A stretch of 64,000 bases of DNA from the human T2T-CHM13v2.0 reference genome, Homo sapiens. Shown here piece by piece: positions 13,418 to 28,230 of the stretch. Position numbers and translations under genes: made by a program. The stretch lies in the NCBI RefSeq assembly GCF_009914755.1, contig NC_060930.1, one strand, 5' to 3'. Under the pieces are notes generated by a model, which made no database searches, had not been told where the DNA came from, and saw nothing but the letters and a program-made list of their open reading frames with translations. Every line of letters starts with the position of its first letter. The stretch's first letter is position 1.

Positions 13418-13817
13418 TGTATTAGTCCTTTTTTGCACTGTTATAAAGAAATACCTGAAACTGGGTACTTTATAAAGAAAAGAGGTTTAATTGACTCACA
13501 GTTCCACAGGCTGTACAGAAAGCATGGCTGGGGAGGCCTTAGGAAACGTACAGTCATAGTGGAAGGCAAAGGAGAAACAAGCACATTTACATAGCAGGAG
13601 CAGGAGGAAGAGAGTGAAGGGTGGGAAGTGGGGTGCTACACACTTTTAAACAACCAGATCTCACGAGAACTCTACCATGAGACAGCCCTAGGGGATGGTG
13701 CTGAATCATTAGACACCACCCCAATGATCCAATCACCTCCTACCAGGCCCCACCTCCAACGCAAGGGATTACATTTCAATATGAGATTTGAGTGGGGCAC
13801 AAAGCCAAACCATATCA
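13418..13817 (-). mobile_element. MSTA/B-type MaLR solo LTR
   Basis: Runs tgtattagtcc...aaccatatca with a near-TSD GCAAT/CCAAT. Confidence 0.9.
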
Positions 13818-13879
13818 CCAATTCTACCAAGCTTGTACTACTGAATAAAGAAGATCCTTCATGTATGCATGCTTGTACA

Positions 13880-14200
13880 CATGAACTCACAAATGTTTAC
13901 TGAGTTCCTGCTATGATTCAGGTCGCATGCCAGGCTATAGCGATACAAGGCGAGCAAAAACAGATGTGATCCCTGTCCTCATGGAGCTTACAGTCAAGCT
14001 GGGTGATGGATGAGTAGCTATGGAGATAAGCATGAAAATTCAGCCACGGGAAGGACCACAAAAGCAAGTTCTATGGTGCTGTGAGTGAGTAGAAAGGGGA
14101 GATTTTACCTGGTCAAAGGGTTCCAGGGAAACTCTAATAAAAGCTGAGCTTTGAAGGATAGGTGGAAAGGCAGAAAGGGACGGGGGATGGGATCAGTTGG
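13880..14200 (-). mobile_element. L2 3' end
   Basis: 'aaatgtttactgagttcctgctatg...tccctgtcctcatggagcttacagtc...ctgagctttgaaggataggt'. Confidence 0.65.
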
Positions 14201-14864
14201 TGCAAAAACCCTGTGAAGAGGCAGCAAGGTGACCGCAAGACTGAAAGGGCAGCGTGACTGGAGTGACCGTGGATGGGATCTTCTATGGAGAAGGGGGAAG
14301 GAGACTTGAAAAGGCCTCAGCACTGCAGAGGAGATGGAGGAACAAAGGTAGGAGAAGCAGAAGACAGGTCAGGACAAGCTCCAGTGTCAGAAGTCAGGGA
14401 AAGATGCTTCCAGAACAAGGAAGAGGCCTGTAGGCTGAATGCGCTGAGGGCTCACAAAATCATGATTGAATCTAGACAGAGAGTAAGGTCCCCTCCCAGA
14501 GTGGAAGCTACCTATAAAACAGCTCAAGCCTGCTTTTTCATTTCAGGAGCATCATATGAATAACAATTCAGTACTATCTGTGAGCTGTGTTAGGGAAGCA
14601 CATTGATTTGGATGCTACAGAATCACAGAATATTTTCTCCTAGATGTTTTTGTGCAGATTCTAAAGAATGTAAGGAAAATCGACTTTGCTTCTCAAGCGT
14701 GGCCAGAGAGCAATAGTTATAATGTGGATGCAGAAGATGGTGCTTTTTCTTAAGTCAGGGAAATCGAACTGTAAATAAAAGAGGCCCTCATCCTAAATGC
14801 CTCCCTGTCAACATTTTATTACTTACGAATTCAACACTGGAGAATTCTTGTTTTGATGGCCTAT

Positions 14865-15070
14865 TGTGCAAAGAGCACTGTGTTTGCAGGTGGAGTATCA
14901 GGGTTTGCCTCCTAGCTGTGTTATTCCTTAACTGCATGAACATTGGCTGGACAAAGAACCTAAGTTTCTGCCTCTGTAAAATGGGCATAATAAAGTGTCA
15001 CCCTCCCTGATGGTTCATGTGGATGAATGAGCGCACACGTTGTGACTATGTGAGTTGCAGAGCACTACAT
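14865..15070 (+). mobile_element. MIR
   Basis: MIR core 'ctagctgtgt...aacctaagtttctgcctctgtaaaatgggcataata'. Confidence 0.6.
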
Positions 15071-16669
15071 CCTTATGGAGAAAAGATCATAAAGCCTTAT
15101 CAGTCACTTATTTACATGCTAGTTAGAAGGAGGTGATTGGATCCTTGAAGGAAGGCTTGATGGGTGGTGAGAAGGGTGCAGTATGAAAGGGCATGATGTG
15201 CTTGGGTAGGTGCCTTAGAGGGAGACATCAGCCAGGAGGGAAAGGGGCTGGGATCACCACCGGCGAACTGTCTACTTCATCACTTCCTCCAGGCCAGTCA
15301 CACTGCACAGATGGCAAAGCCCCCGTCAGCTGTCAGCTGGTGCAGATGCCATTTCACAGGTGACCACAGTCTGTGCTCTGATCATGGGCCAGGCACACAG
15401 GTGGGGTTCATTATGGGACTACTGAACAAATGATGAATGTCCCCATTTCCAGAGTGAGTGCCTATCTGTCCTCATGCTATCTGAGGCATGGGGGGCTTGA
15501 GTGGCATGCCCTGTACACACCAGCATGGGCTTGGGTGGGCAGCTCTGCACTGCTCATGGACTAGCAGTTGTGGTCTGCTCTTGACAAGACGCTGGGAATC
15601 AGAAAAATGCAGCCTGGGAAGGCGGCCAGACATATGTTTTCTTAGCATAATGCCGGGCCAGCTTTTCAAACTGCCAACTGCAACTTGAAGACTACATTTT
15701 GAGCTCTTGTTCCACTCAGATTTACTAATGTCTCCTCCCCAAACTGTGCTCTTTTTAATTCCACAGGATTAGTGTGATTAGAGTGAACATACCCCTATGT
15801 CTGCCTATGAGAAGTAGACATAGGGTTAAAAATCTCCTTGGTGGGAAAATAAGTAAAGGAAGTGTTGCGCAACATTCATGAAAATTCCTTTAAGCTCCAT
15901 GGCCTGAAGATTACAGCACTTGTCACATTGGATTGTGATTGTTTTCAGTTGTTTGTTTATCTGTTGCATTTGACTGTGAGCGCTTCGAAGCATGGGCTGT
16001 CTGTGTCTTAGTCACATTTGCACCCCCAGATTCTACTACATGGCATGGAACAAAAATAGGTGTTCAACAAAGGATATATAAAGGAATAGAAGAATGAATG
16101 ATTTCTCCTGTCCCCATTGACAAGCAGTAGTTGGCAGAATTGGAATATCTTCTTCCATGTGTGGAATGTAGGCTGGATTGACCTGGGCCATTGGACAGAA
16201 ACTTAGAACACAAATCTGTGAGTTTTTTAATTTAATCATGCCAACCATGCATATGTGAGGCTGGTGTCTGACACCTTAATCCTTTATGTTTCACTAATTC
16301 CCAGTAGATTTGTACAATAGAAGAGAATTGCCTTGGCACTGCCTTGCAGTGGAAACATGTTAGAACTTCTGTGCAGAGGAAGTGTGTTTTGGGCAATGAT
16401 AGATTCATGGCAGGGTGTTTTTTAAGAAGCACCATTTCTTGTCTGCATCTTTGAAACTCTAAGAACATGAGTGATATAACATTGAGGTCTCATGTAGTTG
16501 TTTGCTAAGAGGGATTGGTCACTATCTGGATGATAAGGAAGTGTCTCCGATAAATCTGCAGTGGACACGGGGACATGGCGTGTGCAAAACAGACTTTTAT
16601 TTGTCCTGTCTCCCCTGATCCTCATAGTTTTAATGAAAATGGGAGAGAGGGAAGGACCTTCTGAGAGTC

Positions 16670-16880
16670 ACGTGTGGTGGAGAGAGATGTGTACTTGGGG
16701 TCAGAGGCTCAGACTGGACTCCCAGGCGCACCAGTTAAAGGGCCAAGCACATGCCACACGCCTTCTTGGAGCCTTGATTTTCTCCTGTAAAATCAGAATA
16801 GTGCCCCTAAAGTTGTTGTGAGAATCGGAACGAAATGAGTACTGTTCAAGAAAAGAAGTAAAGCATTATTTTATTATTTT
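16670..16880 (+). mobile_element. MIR
   Basis: 'ttttctcctgtaaaatcagaatagtgcccctaaagttgttgtgagaatc'. Confidence 0.55.
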
Positions 16881-18204
16881 ATTTTATTGCCAGCTAGAAG
16901 CTATTTCTATCACCCTTCTCCCAGGTCAAGGCGAAACTGAGATGGCAGTGTCGACTTGCCTGCTTCTATTTTCTTTTCCCTTTTCCCTCTGTTCATAGAA
17001 TCCTGGGGACTGATGTGTTCCTCCAGATCTGCTGTGTCCGATTTATTGAGCTCCCCACAATCACAGCAAGTGCTGTAGGAGCACACTCTCTTTTGTTCTC
17101 CTTCTATGTAGTCTTTTAAAAATATCACTATTGTGTAATGGGTATTGTGTAGTGTCCTGCGGCGATCACAATATGCAGATATATTCAAATGTGGTGCTTA
17201 AAAAGGAATTAAAGAGCCACATGAGCCAAATTGAAGACTGAACAAGATTAAATGTCAGATGAATAATATGAGACACGCACTTTCAACGCTCTACTTGAGT
17301 CTGTACTGGAAGGTCATTTGAACTTGCTTCCCATTTATCCATATGAAACACGAGAATAGCAATTTAATTTACCCTATCACATAGGAATGCCACGACAATG
17401 TGTATGAGGAGTGCTGAACTCCTTGGATGTATAGTTATTTTAAAAATAACTAGAACAGGAAATAGTGTATATGAACACAAGCTGATCTGTAAAGCCAGAA
17501 AAGACCACAGAACTAAGGCAGACTAATAAGGCATTGATTTTAATGACTGGCCATCCATCCAGCCCCAGAGCAACCTCCACTCTGTTTGGTTTTGATGAAC
17601 AAAATAGAAGCAACAATCAAGACATCAGGAAATTACATGAAAAAACATTTAAATCTTAAAATCTTTCACAGGACAACAGTATTGATATTGGACTCAAAAC
17701 TGACAAGAAGGAAGAAAACTTCCGTGTGCTCATATTTTTGAGATGACCACGTTGAGAACAGATGACTGACTCCGAGTTCCATTTTCTTTAAGATATTTTG
17801 AGCCTGAAGGTAATAATACCTTTTGATTAAAACACACACTCTCATATTTGTAATGAAATCAGAATCAGAACTCATAAGTGTCAGTAATTTCATTTAATAT
17901 CAAACAGCCCATGGTTGAGGGTTCTGAAACTCTAAAATTGGAAGTAATTTTGCATTGTGCTTCACTCTGAAATGTACCCCTAAGAAAGTTGCTCTAATAA
18001 GTATTCTGGGGAGGAAGGTAAGTGCACATGCATCTCCTGAGGATGCAGGGAAGGAAACTGATGTCTGTTGAGCTTTCACTGTGTGCATATAGAGATTATG
18101 GCATATGATTAGTTCATTACAATGAAACTAAAGAGTGACATCCTGAAATTACAGAAGTCACAATGGAGAGTTAACCAGCAGCATGAGAATAGTGTGACTC
18201 GGTA

Positions 18205-18590
18205 TATTGCAAATCCTCTTTTTCTCCACATCCAATGAGTCAGAAAATCTCCCAAACCATACCTTTAAGATGCATCCAGAACCTCACTGGTTCTCGTGCC
18301 CCACTGCTGTCCATCATGTCCAAGCACCGTCTTGCCTCACTGGGATTGTAAGAGCCTGCTTACCCGTGTCTCCTCTGATCAGAATTCTCCAGTGTTGCCC
18401 TTCACCTCTCAGATTGAAAGCCTAAACCCTTCCTGCAGCCTGTAAAGTCCTCAGTGCTGCCTCCCCTTCTCTGCTTTTAACTTAACTCCTGCTATTCATC
18501 TGCTTTCAGTCACTGCTAATCCCCGGGGTCTACAGCAGTGCTGGGGACAGAGTAGATCACAATAAGTATTTGCTGAATGAATGAATGAAT
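18205..18590 (+). mobile_element. L2 3' part
   Basis: Ends in 'cacaataagtatttgctgaatgaatgaatgaatg', the typical L2 tail. Confidence 0.65.
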
Positions 18591-18954
18591 GGCAATTAAC
18601 CTCAGCATTTCCTGGATATTACTGTGTTTGGTTCTGTGATGGCCTCTTTTGGGTGACAGATGAGCAATAAAGATAAGTCTTGGTTCTTGTCCTCTTAAGA
18701 ACAGGGGGGAGTGCACTAGTCAAGACTCATTGGTTATAGAAAATAGAAATCTCATTCCAAGTTAGCAAAAGGGAATGTGCTGTCCCCAGAACCAGCGTTC
18801 AGAAAGCGCAGGGGTGAGGTGGAGCCCGGGACTCTTGCATCTGCCCGGCTCTTTTCTACCCACCTGGCCGCTCTCCATGCATGGCTTCCTTCTCTCCAGC
18901 TGGTGTCCCTGGAGGCTGCAGCCAGAGCCACAGGCCCATCCTGGCTACTGCACT

Positions 18955-19390
18955 GGTGTTCGGTGGCCGCTGTAAGAAGTAATTACAAACGGGGTGGGTG
19001 GCTTAAACAACAGAAATCTGCTCTCTCAGTCTTGGAGGCCAGAAGTCTGAAATCAGTTCCACTGGCCTGAAGTCCAGCACAGGCTCTGGAGGAGCCTCTT
19101 CCAGCCTCTGGTGAGGGCTGCCAGCATCCCTGGGCTGTGGGTGCATCGTTCCCATGGCTGCCTCCGTCCTCACCTGGATTTCTCTTGTGTGCGTCAATCT
19201 CCCTCTCCTCTGTTTTATAAGTTACATACATGACTGCATTAGGGCCCACCCAGATAATCCACGATAATCTCTCTGTCTCAGCATGCTTAATTGCTTTTTA
19301 ATAAACCATGTAAGGTGACATTCACAGGGCCAGGGACTAGGACAGGAATGTCTTTTTGGGGAGGAAGGCTGTGTTTCAGCCTGCCATGGC
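18955..19390 (-). mobile_element. MLT1 (A-C type) MaLR LTR
   Basis: 'gtggcttaaacaacagaaat...ggaggccagaagtctgaaatc...ttagggcccacccagataatcc...aaggtgacattcacagg'. Confidence 0.75.
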
Positions 19391-19702
19391 TACCATCCTT
19401 CCAAATCCACGAATGATGGGAGAAAGAGACCTTTCCACCAGCCCGTGTTAGAAGAGTCCCAACTCTGAGTGACCCTGTCTAGGCCACTGCAGAGCCCTGA
19501 GCCAGTGGGGAAGTGGGGCTTTGGGAAGGAGTGGGAGTAAGGAGGGGGCCTGTCACTTGGTTGGAGTTGGGGAGGGAGCTACCATTCCCCCAAAATAGGC
19601 AGAGCCGGGTGGCTGCTGGTGAGACAGAAACCACACAGCTCCATTAAATGGCATGTGGGGAAACATGATAACATAAGGGAGTAATGCAGGAAAGTGTGTT
19701 TG

Positions 19703-20073
<371 letters not shown>

Positions 20074-20219
20074 TTACACCTTTCCTGGGTGCTCAAATTC
20101 AAAGAGATACTGTATTTCTGGTTTTCATCTCTTTGCAATTCATTTACCTTTTTTTTTTCCTCTCTGCAGAACACAAATCCGGTCAAGTTTTGGGTTGTCA
20201 TGAGGGAGAACTGACATAG

Positions 20220-22000
<1,781 letters not shown>

Positions 22001-23489
22001 GCCAGGATGGATGCTTCCTTTGAGAGCAATGCTTTTCAGAAAATGCTAGCGCGCTCCTGTCAGATTTCTTGCAAGCTTCCTGCAGAGAGAGACAAGTTTG
22101 TGGCGAGGTTTTCATTCCTAAGCCTTTGGCGGCCCTTGTTCCCACCTCCTTTGCAGGCATTTTTACACTTGAAACTGGCTTTTAGGTTATTGGTTTGTAG
22201 AAATCCAAGAAGCAGACAATGATCGTCAGATACTATTCCAACGAGGGTACCAGTTTTATGATGCTATTTAGTGTATATATTGTTCTCTTACTTCAGGGGT
22301 AAAGGAAGAAAAGTTGGGGATCACATTACTTTGTGACTTTTTGGTAGATACATCATCCCAATGCTTGGCTCAGGTTTATGCGAGGTATTCTGATGCCAAT
22401 GCCACTTTCTCATAAAAGGCAGTGCCTGCCGTAGGGTCTTTTTCTTCCCATTAGTGAACTCTAGGAAAGTATTCACTGAATACTTTGCACAGTACTTGAG
22501 AGGAATAAAACTAAATAAAGTCTTCCAACTTCCCCACCTACAACTCCTGGCTTTTGTTTTTCTAAGTGAAAATTTTCAGAGTGCTGGAAGAGTTTTTGTT
22601 TCTGAAAATGATCTGAAACTGGAACCAGTGCTGCCCTGGCTTTGTGGCGATTCCAGCCTTCTGCTTTTCCGATTCCTCTGCCACCTGCCCGTGGGTTGCA
22701 TGTGAGTGGGTCCGAGCGGGGTTGTTTGTGAGAGCTCCTGGAATCCCACCGCGATCTGCACTCTTGCTTTTTCGCCTTCTGCTCTGTGAATCACTGTGCT
22801 GAGGAATGCTGGGGCTGGACAGCTTCCCAGCCCTTCTCTCTACTGTGTTGACGTGGGATCTACAGTCAAATGATGACCAGACTAGAGGTGGACAAAGGAG
22901 GACAGGCACATTTCAGAATGAAATCTACTAAATTTAAATTAAGTAATAGAAGGATAGAAACAGACATAGCAACCTGTAGATAGCTCCCCATGCTGTGGAT
23001 GAAATTATGGGGTACATAACTTCTTTCATGGGCTCCCTTTGACAGCAACGTCATGGATAGACTGCTCCCTCTCTCTGGTTGAACTAATGCATGGACCAAG
23101 CGAGCTGCTTGTGTCAAGCTCTCCCCTTCACCACCCTTTTGGGGCCAGAATCTCTGTAAGGAAATTACCCACGGCCACATAATAGTGGCTCCGAGGGACT
23201 TTGCTTAAAGCAGGACACACTGAAGATCTGGATAAGCCCTTCAGTGTAGGGTCAATTAAACATAAAACAAAATAAGCAAGCAGTGTCCCCTCCTCCACTC
23301 ATATTCATCCCTACAATAGGATACTATGCAAACATTAAAATTATGATGGCCTTGCCAGTCTGGTATGATACATTTTTCTAAACACATGTGGATGTACTCA
23401 CACATGCACATATTTGCAGTGGGTATCTTAGGATGGTTAGGGATGATTTTTATTTTCTTCTTTAAAGAAGCTTTTAGGGAATTTTCCAT

Positions 23490-24802
23490 GTCAAAACTAT
23501 TTTCAAAGTAATACTAAGATTACTAAGATGCTATTTTCCTTTTTCACAGTTGACATTTGCACTGAGGGTGCAAAAGCTTGATGGGTAAACTGCGGGTGTC
23601 TTACTGAGAATCAAGGCAGGGACATCACCATGCACTAGTAGTCTTTGAATTTTGGGGGGACTTTGCAGTTAAAAAAAATTTGCCAGTTTCATTAAGAATG
23701 TTCTTGATGCCACAGTAAAATTATTAATTTTACCAAATCTTTGTATCTTTGAGTGTATGTCTTTTTAATAGTGTAAATAAATGGGAAGGACACATAAGTT
23801 ACTACTGCTGATGACCAAGTTCAGTGGCAACCCCAGGGGGAAGCACTGGTGTGATTGTTTGTGTTATGCATTAAGCTAGCTGGTTTTTTAAAATGGAATG
23901 TGGTATTTACCACAAAGAATGACAACAGACAAACTAGAGCTATTCTGACTTGGGTATTTGGCCGATGTTTTCTCAAAAATGAACAAAGGGAACTTGCTAC
24001 TTCTAGTAAAATAACTGCTATTATTGCTTGCCAATGATAACATTTCAGCTTTCAAGTGAAAATCAGAATTTTGCCAAGTTGTTTCCACCACTGTAAGCTT
24101 GAAAGTTTCCCAATATTTAAATTTTTTTCTAGTGAGATCAATGGTGATATAAATGAATGTGATTTGTAAATGTCATCTCATAAAATGTGTCAACATTTGG
24201 ATGATCTGCATAACCAAATAAACCAATAGATCCAAATGACCAGTGTATAGCCTTACAACAATCTTGCATGGGTAAAAGGTCTGTTCAAAGTGCATGATAG
24301 CCCAATGGATTTTTAATGTAACAAAATATGAAAAATTCTTCATATGATTTCAGATTCTAAGAATTGGCTACTTGATGAATTTTGGTGTAATATCAAAGAT
24401 TTTTCAAAATTATCCAAAAAGGCTATTGAAATAGTTGTCCAGCTACACATCTGTGTGAGGCTGGGTTTTCTCCAAGCAAAACGACATATTGCAATAGATT
24501 GAATGCATAAGCAGATCGGAGATATTCTATTAAAAAGATTTGCCAAAATGTAGAAACAAAGCTGCTCTTCTCACTCATTTCTCTTTGTTTTGGGAAACAG
24601 TTACTTTTCATATAAATATATTTGTATGTCAACATGTAATGGTTTATTATTGTTTTTTAAAATAAATAAGTACATATTTTCGTTTTAATTCCCAGTAAAG
24701 TCAATAAGGATAGATAAAACTCACAGAAACATAACCTCCTTGGCATCCTCGTAAATTTAAGAATAGAAGATAATTCAGACACCAAAATGTTTGAGACACA
24801 CT
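23490..24802 (+). mobile_element. Charlie1-type hAT DNA transposon remnant
   Basis: Has 'ttgacatttgcactgagggtgcaaaagc', degenerate transposase-like sequence, and the terminus 'caccaaaatgtttgagacacactg'. Confidence 0.72.
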
Positions 24803-25280
24803 GGTATATACGGAGGGAAGTAGGTTAAAAATCAGGATGCCTGGGTGTGAGTGGCAGTGCTGTCCTGCACCTCTGGGGGCCTTGGGCTAGTCTCCGCGCT
24901 TCAGAATAGGTCAATTGAAGGAGGCTCCTTCCATCTCTGGAAGCCTTTAGAAGCTCGCCTGTGGCTCAACCTGCATGTGGCTTTATGGGGTTTCCCTGTT
25001 ACTTCAGTCCTCTTTGAGAGAACGTGGTGAGACCCTCTCTCCTTTTTTGTGCACTGGCACCCGCCAATGGCAGATGGAAGAGCTGTTTTGTTCATCAACT
25101 GATCATGAAATTTATTCCTGTGGAATCAGAGGTTGTAATAGGATTGCAGAGTGACAATTTGCACCCCTGGAAAGTTATCACCAGACAGTTCCAGAGCATG
25201 ATGAATATACTCTACCAAGACCATTCACATCATACTTAAGTTCTAAAGGCCCGTTCCCTGAAAACAGGAGGGGAAGGAGA

Positions 25281-25532
25281 GTGTATTCATTTCCTATTGC
25301 TATAACAAATTGCCACACACTTAATGACTTGAAACAATACAAATTTATGATCTTTATTATAGTTATAGAGATCAGAAGTCTGAAATGTGCGGTACTGGGC
25401 AAAAATCAAGGCCTGCATTGAAACTTTAAGGGAGAATCTATTTCCATGCTCTTTTTACCTTCTAGAGGTGCCCACATCCTTGGTTCTCGGGATTAGGACA
25501 AGGACATCTTTGGGGGATCATTATTCTTCCTA
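25281..25532 (-). mobile_element. MLT1 MaLR LTR fragment
   Basis: 'tgtattcatttcctattgctataacaaattgccacacacttaatgacttgaaacaatacaaattt...gacatctttgggggatcattattc'. Confidence 0.7.
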
Positions 25533-26834
25533 CCTCAAGGGATGAGGGGGGCAGGGAGCCTGGAAGCAAACATTTCGGGAGAGGCTCCATCACCCTTGGC
25601 TGATTAAGGAGCAGACCTCTTTTCATTGGCCCCCCATGGAACTTAGGGATTTCTTGAGTTATAATTAAACTGTTATCAGAAGCTATTATTTCAGTTAAAA
25701 AATAGAGGTATTTAAAGGTATAAAAGTAAAGGAGAGAAAGGACTATGTATGTGTATGTATTTACTTGTAACTGCACAGAACGTTTCTGTTAGAATACCCA
25801 TGAAACTACAAACTTTGGTGCCTTTGGGATGGAGAGCTGGGTCGCTGGGGGACAGTGGTGGATACTGTTTCATCCATCTCTTTTACCAACTTTTGTAGAT
25901 GTATGTTAGAACATTTGGAATCAGGGAGGTATGTGAATTGGTTATTCACATTCGTGAGCACCCCGTTTTCCTCCCTCCTAAAAGTTATCCTTGCTTATGA
26001 AAAACCTGCGTCTTCCTCCCTCGGCCCGGCCTGGGCAGCGCTTGCGCTCTGAGGCCCTTAGAGGGCGCTCCTGGACTTCTGGAGCCGAAGCCACCACCCG
26101 CAGGCCCTTCCGTGCAGCCCTAGTTGGACTTAGCTGTCGCTCCGGCTTTATAGAGATAAGAAAATTAGGACAAACATCCAGTTATCTGCCTTGTTTCTCC
26201 CTTAGTGCTTGCCTTTTGGCAATTTTTCTACTCATTGGCGCTTTCTTCATATATTAAATGGGAAAGGACAGATCACTAATTAAGAGTCGAAATGGCTGCG
26301 TGTTAGCAAATTCAAATAAGCACTGATGAGAAAGGAAATTGCCTAGACCTGCAGCTGGGGTCAGAAGCCCGCTGGCTGTTGGGGTGCCGCTGGTGCCTCT
26401 GCAGGCCTCCACCAAAGATGCAGCAGCTGGAAGATGGGGTGAGAGCAAGGGATGTCTCAGGGGTACCAGCCTCAGGAACTGCCTCCTTGGCCCTGATGGG
26501 TCCCGTCTCAGCCTCTCCCTTCCACCACCAATGTTAATTTTTGTATCCAGAGAGGATAATATTACAATTATAATGTCAAATTATTATAATTATATACTAT
26601 GTATTCTAATTATTATAATAATGCTACACTTGTAGCAAAATAACTTGAGAGGTGTTCATGTTAATTACAAAGTAGATGCTGCTCACATTTTTTTTACCGC
26701 AGTCTCCTACATGTGGACGAAATGATTTAATTATGGCATCCTTATAATCTATAAAGTACAATCTACATAATTCTATTTTCAGTTTTATGAGGAATTCCTA
26801 GGTGTACATTTTTACTTCCTTTTAATAATAACTG

Positions 26835-27020
26835 GCAGTTTAAAGTGTTACGGAGTTCACCATTTCTCTCTGTTATTTAATTTAATTTTCACAGTGACCT
26901 TACGAAGTCAGTAACATCCTCATCTTGCTACTGGGGCAGCTGAGGTCAGAGAGGTTAACTGGTTTTCCCTAAGTCTGTAATCTAATACTCAGTCTTTGCG
27001 GTCCAGATCCCACACTCTCC
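26835..27020 (-). mobile_element. MIR
   Basis: 'ttttcacagtgaccttacgaag...gctgaggtcagagaggttaact'. Confidence 0.55.
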
Positions 27021-27739
27021 CTGCAGACACCCCTGTTCTGGTTGGTTTGAGCTTTTACTGTATCTCCTTGTTTTCTTCTCTAGGCTGGATGTGAGTGCCA
27101 ACACTCACATCTTTGATCTGCTCAGAATGCCTTCCTGAGTTTACTTCTGTAACATTGCTGTCGGCTGTTGAAAAATGATTATGTGAGGTACTGAAATGTG
27201 TTGAACTCCAACAAGGCTAAACTTAAGACAAAGTGGCAGTGAATGTAGCCTCTGTTACAAGATGGATTTGGCCTGTGGATGTGAGCAGGGTCCTCACTGT
27301 GGGGAAGCCCCCTTTCCTTGGTGGTCCTGTTAAGCTCGCCTGTTGGCATCTTAGAGCCGGTGCTCGGTGTCTAACCTGTTACCCAAACTCTTTGCTACTC
27401 TCTGTGAGTGCTTGATCTTTACCGTGGAAATCACAACTTTGAACCTTTGAGACTGTATTTAACCAGAAGGCTCCCGGAAGTGCTACCACCTTGTGCTAAG
27501 ACACTCAGTTTTGTTTACTGGACCATTTAAGTCAAGGAAAAATGCTGAGAAACATTAGTGGCTAATCTATATGGTTGACAAGTCCCTACATCTCACAGAG
27601 GTGGTGAGGCTGATGCTCACAGCGTTAAAGTGTCTTGAACTTCTCAGGAGAAATGTGCCATTTAAATGCTGGGCTCTGCTATTTAGGGACTGTTTTATGG
27701 TGTCACGTCCCTTCATCTGGTTTATTAGGTCCTAATTGA

Positions 27740-27860
27740 GCCACCAATTTGGCTGTGTGACCTTGGGTGGGTCATAACTCTTCAGGCCTCAGTTTTCTCA
27801 TCAGCAAAGCAAGGGGATTGACCTAGATATTGTGAAGGGCCCCCCAGCTCTAACTTTGTG
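27740..27860 (+). mobile_element. MIR
   Basis: 'ggctgtgtgaccttgggtgggtcataactcttcaggcctcagttttctcatc'. Confidence 0.65.
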
Positions 27861-27884
27861 TGAGTCTCCATTTGAAGGAGGTCC

Positions 27885-28230
27885 ATTCATTCATTCATTC
27901 ATCCATTCAGCAAGGGTTACTGGGAGTCAGACAAAGACACAAAGTCAGATGAACATAGTGCCTGCTGTCAGAGGACACACAGGCAAGGAGGGCTGGATGA
28001 GGATAATACAGACAGGTGATACGTGCTAGGACAGAGGTAGCACAGGTGTTTTGAGGGTGAATTGACTGGGAGGTCAAGGCCAGCTATATTTGAGCCCTTT
28101 TGAGAAGGACATAGGCATTAGTTGGAGAAAGATGCTGAGGAAGGACATCTCTGGTCGAGGAACAGACCCTGCTGCACACGTGAAGTCATGTGCAAGGAAC
28201 CAGGAATATTCGAGGTGGTTCGTGCTAAGT
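27885..28230 (-). mobile_element. L2 3' end
   Basis: A (CATT)n tail followed by L2-like sequence. Confidence 0.55.

Noticed and set aside
23855-24635. ORF fragments in the Charlie element as a domesticated transposase
   Set aside because: Broken by many stops and frameshifts.
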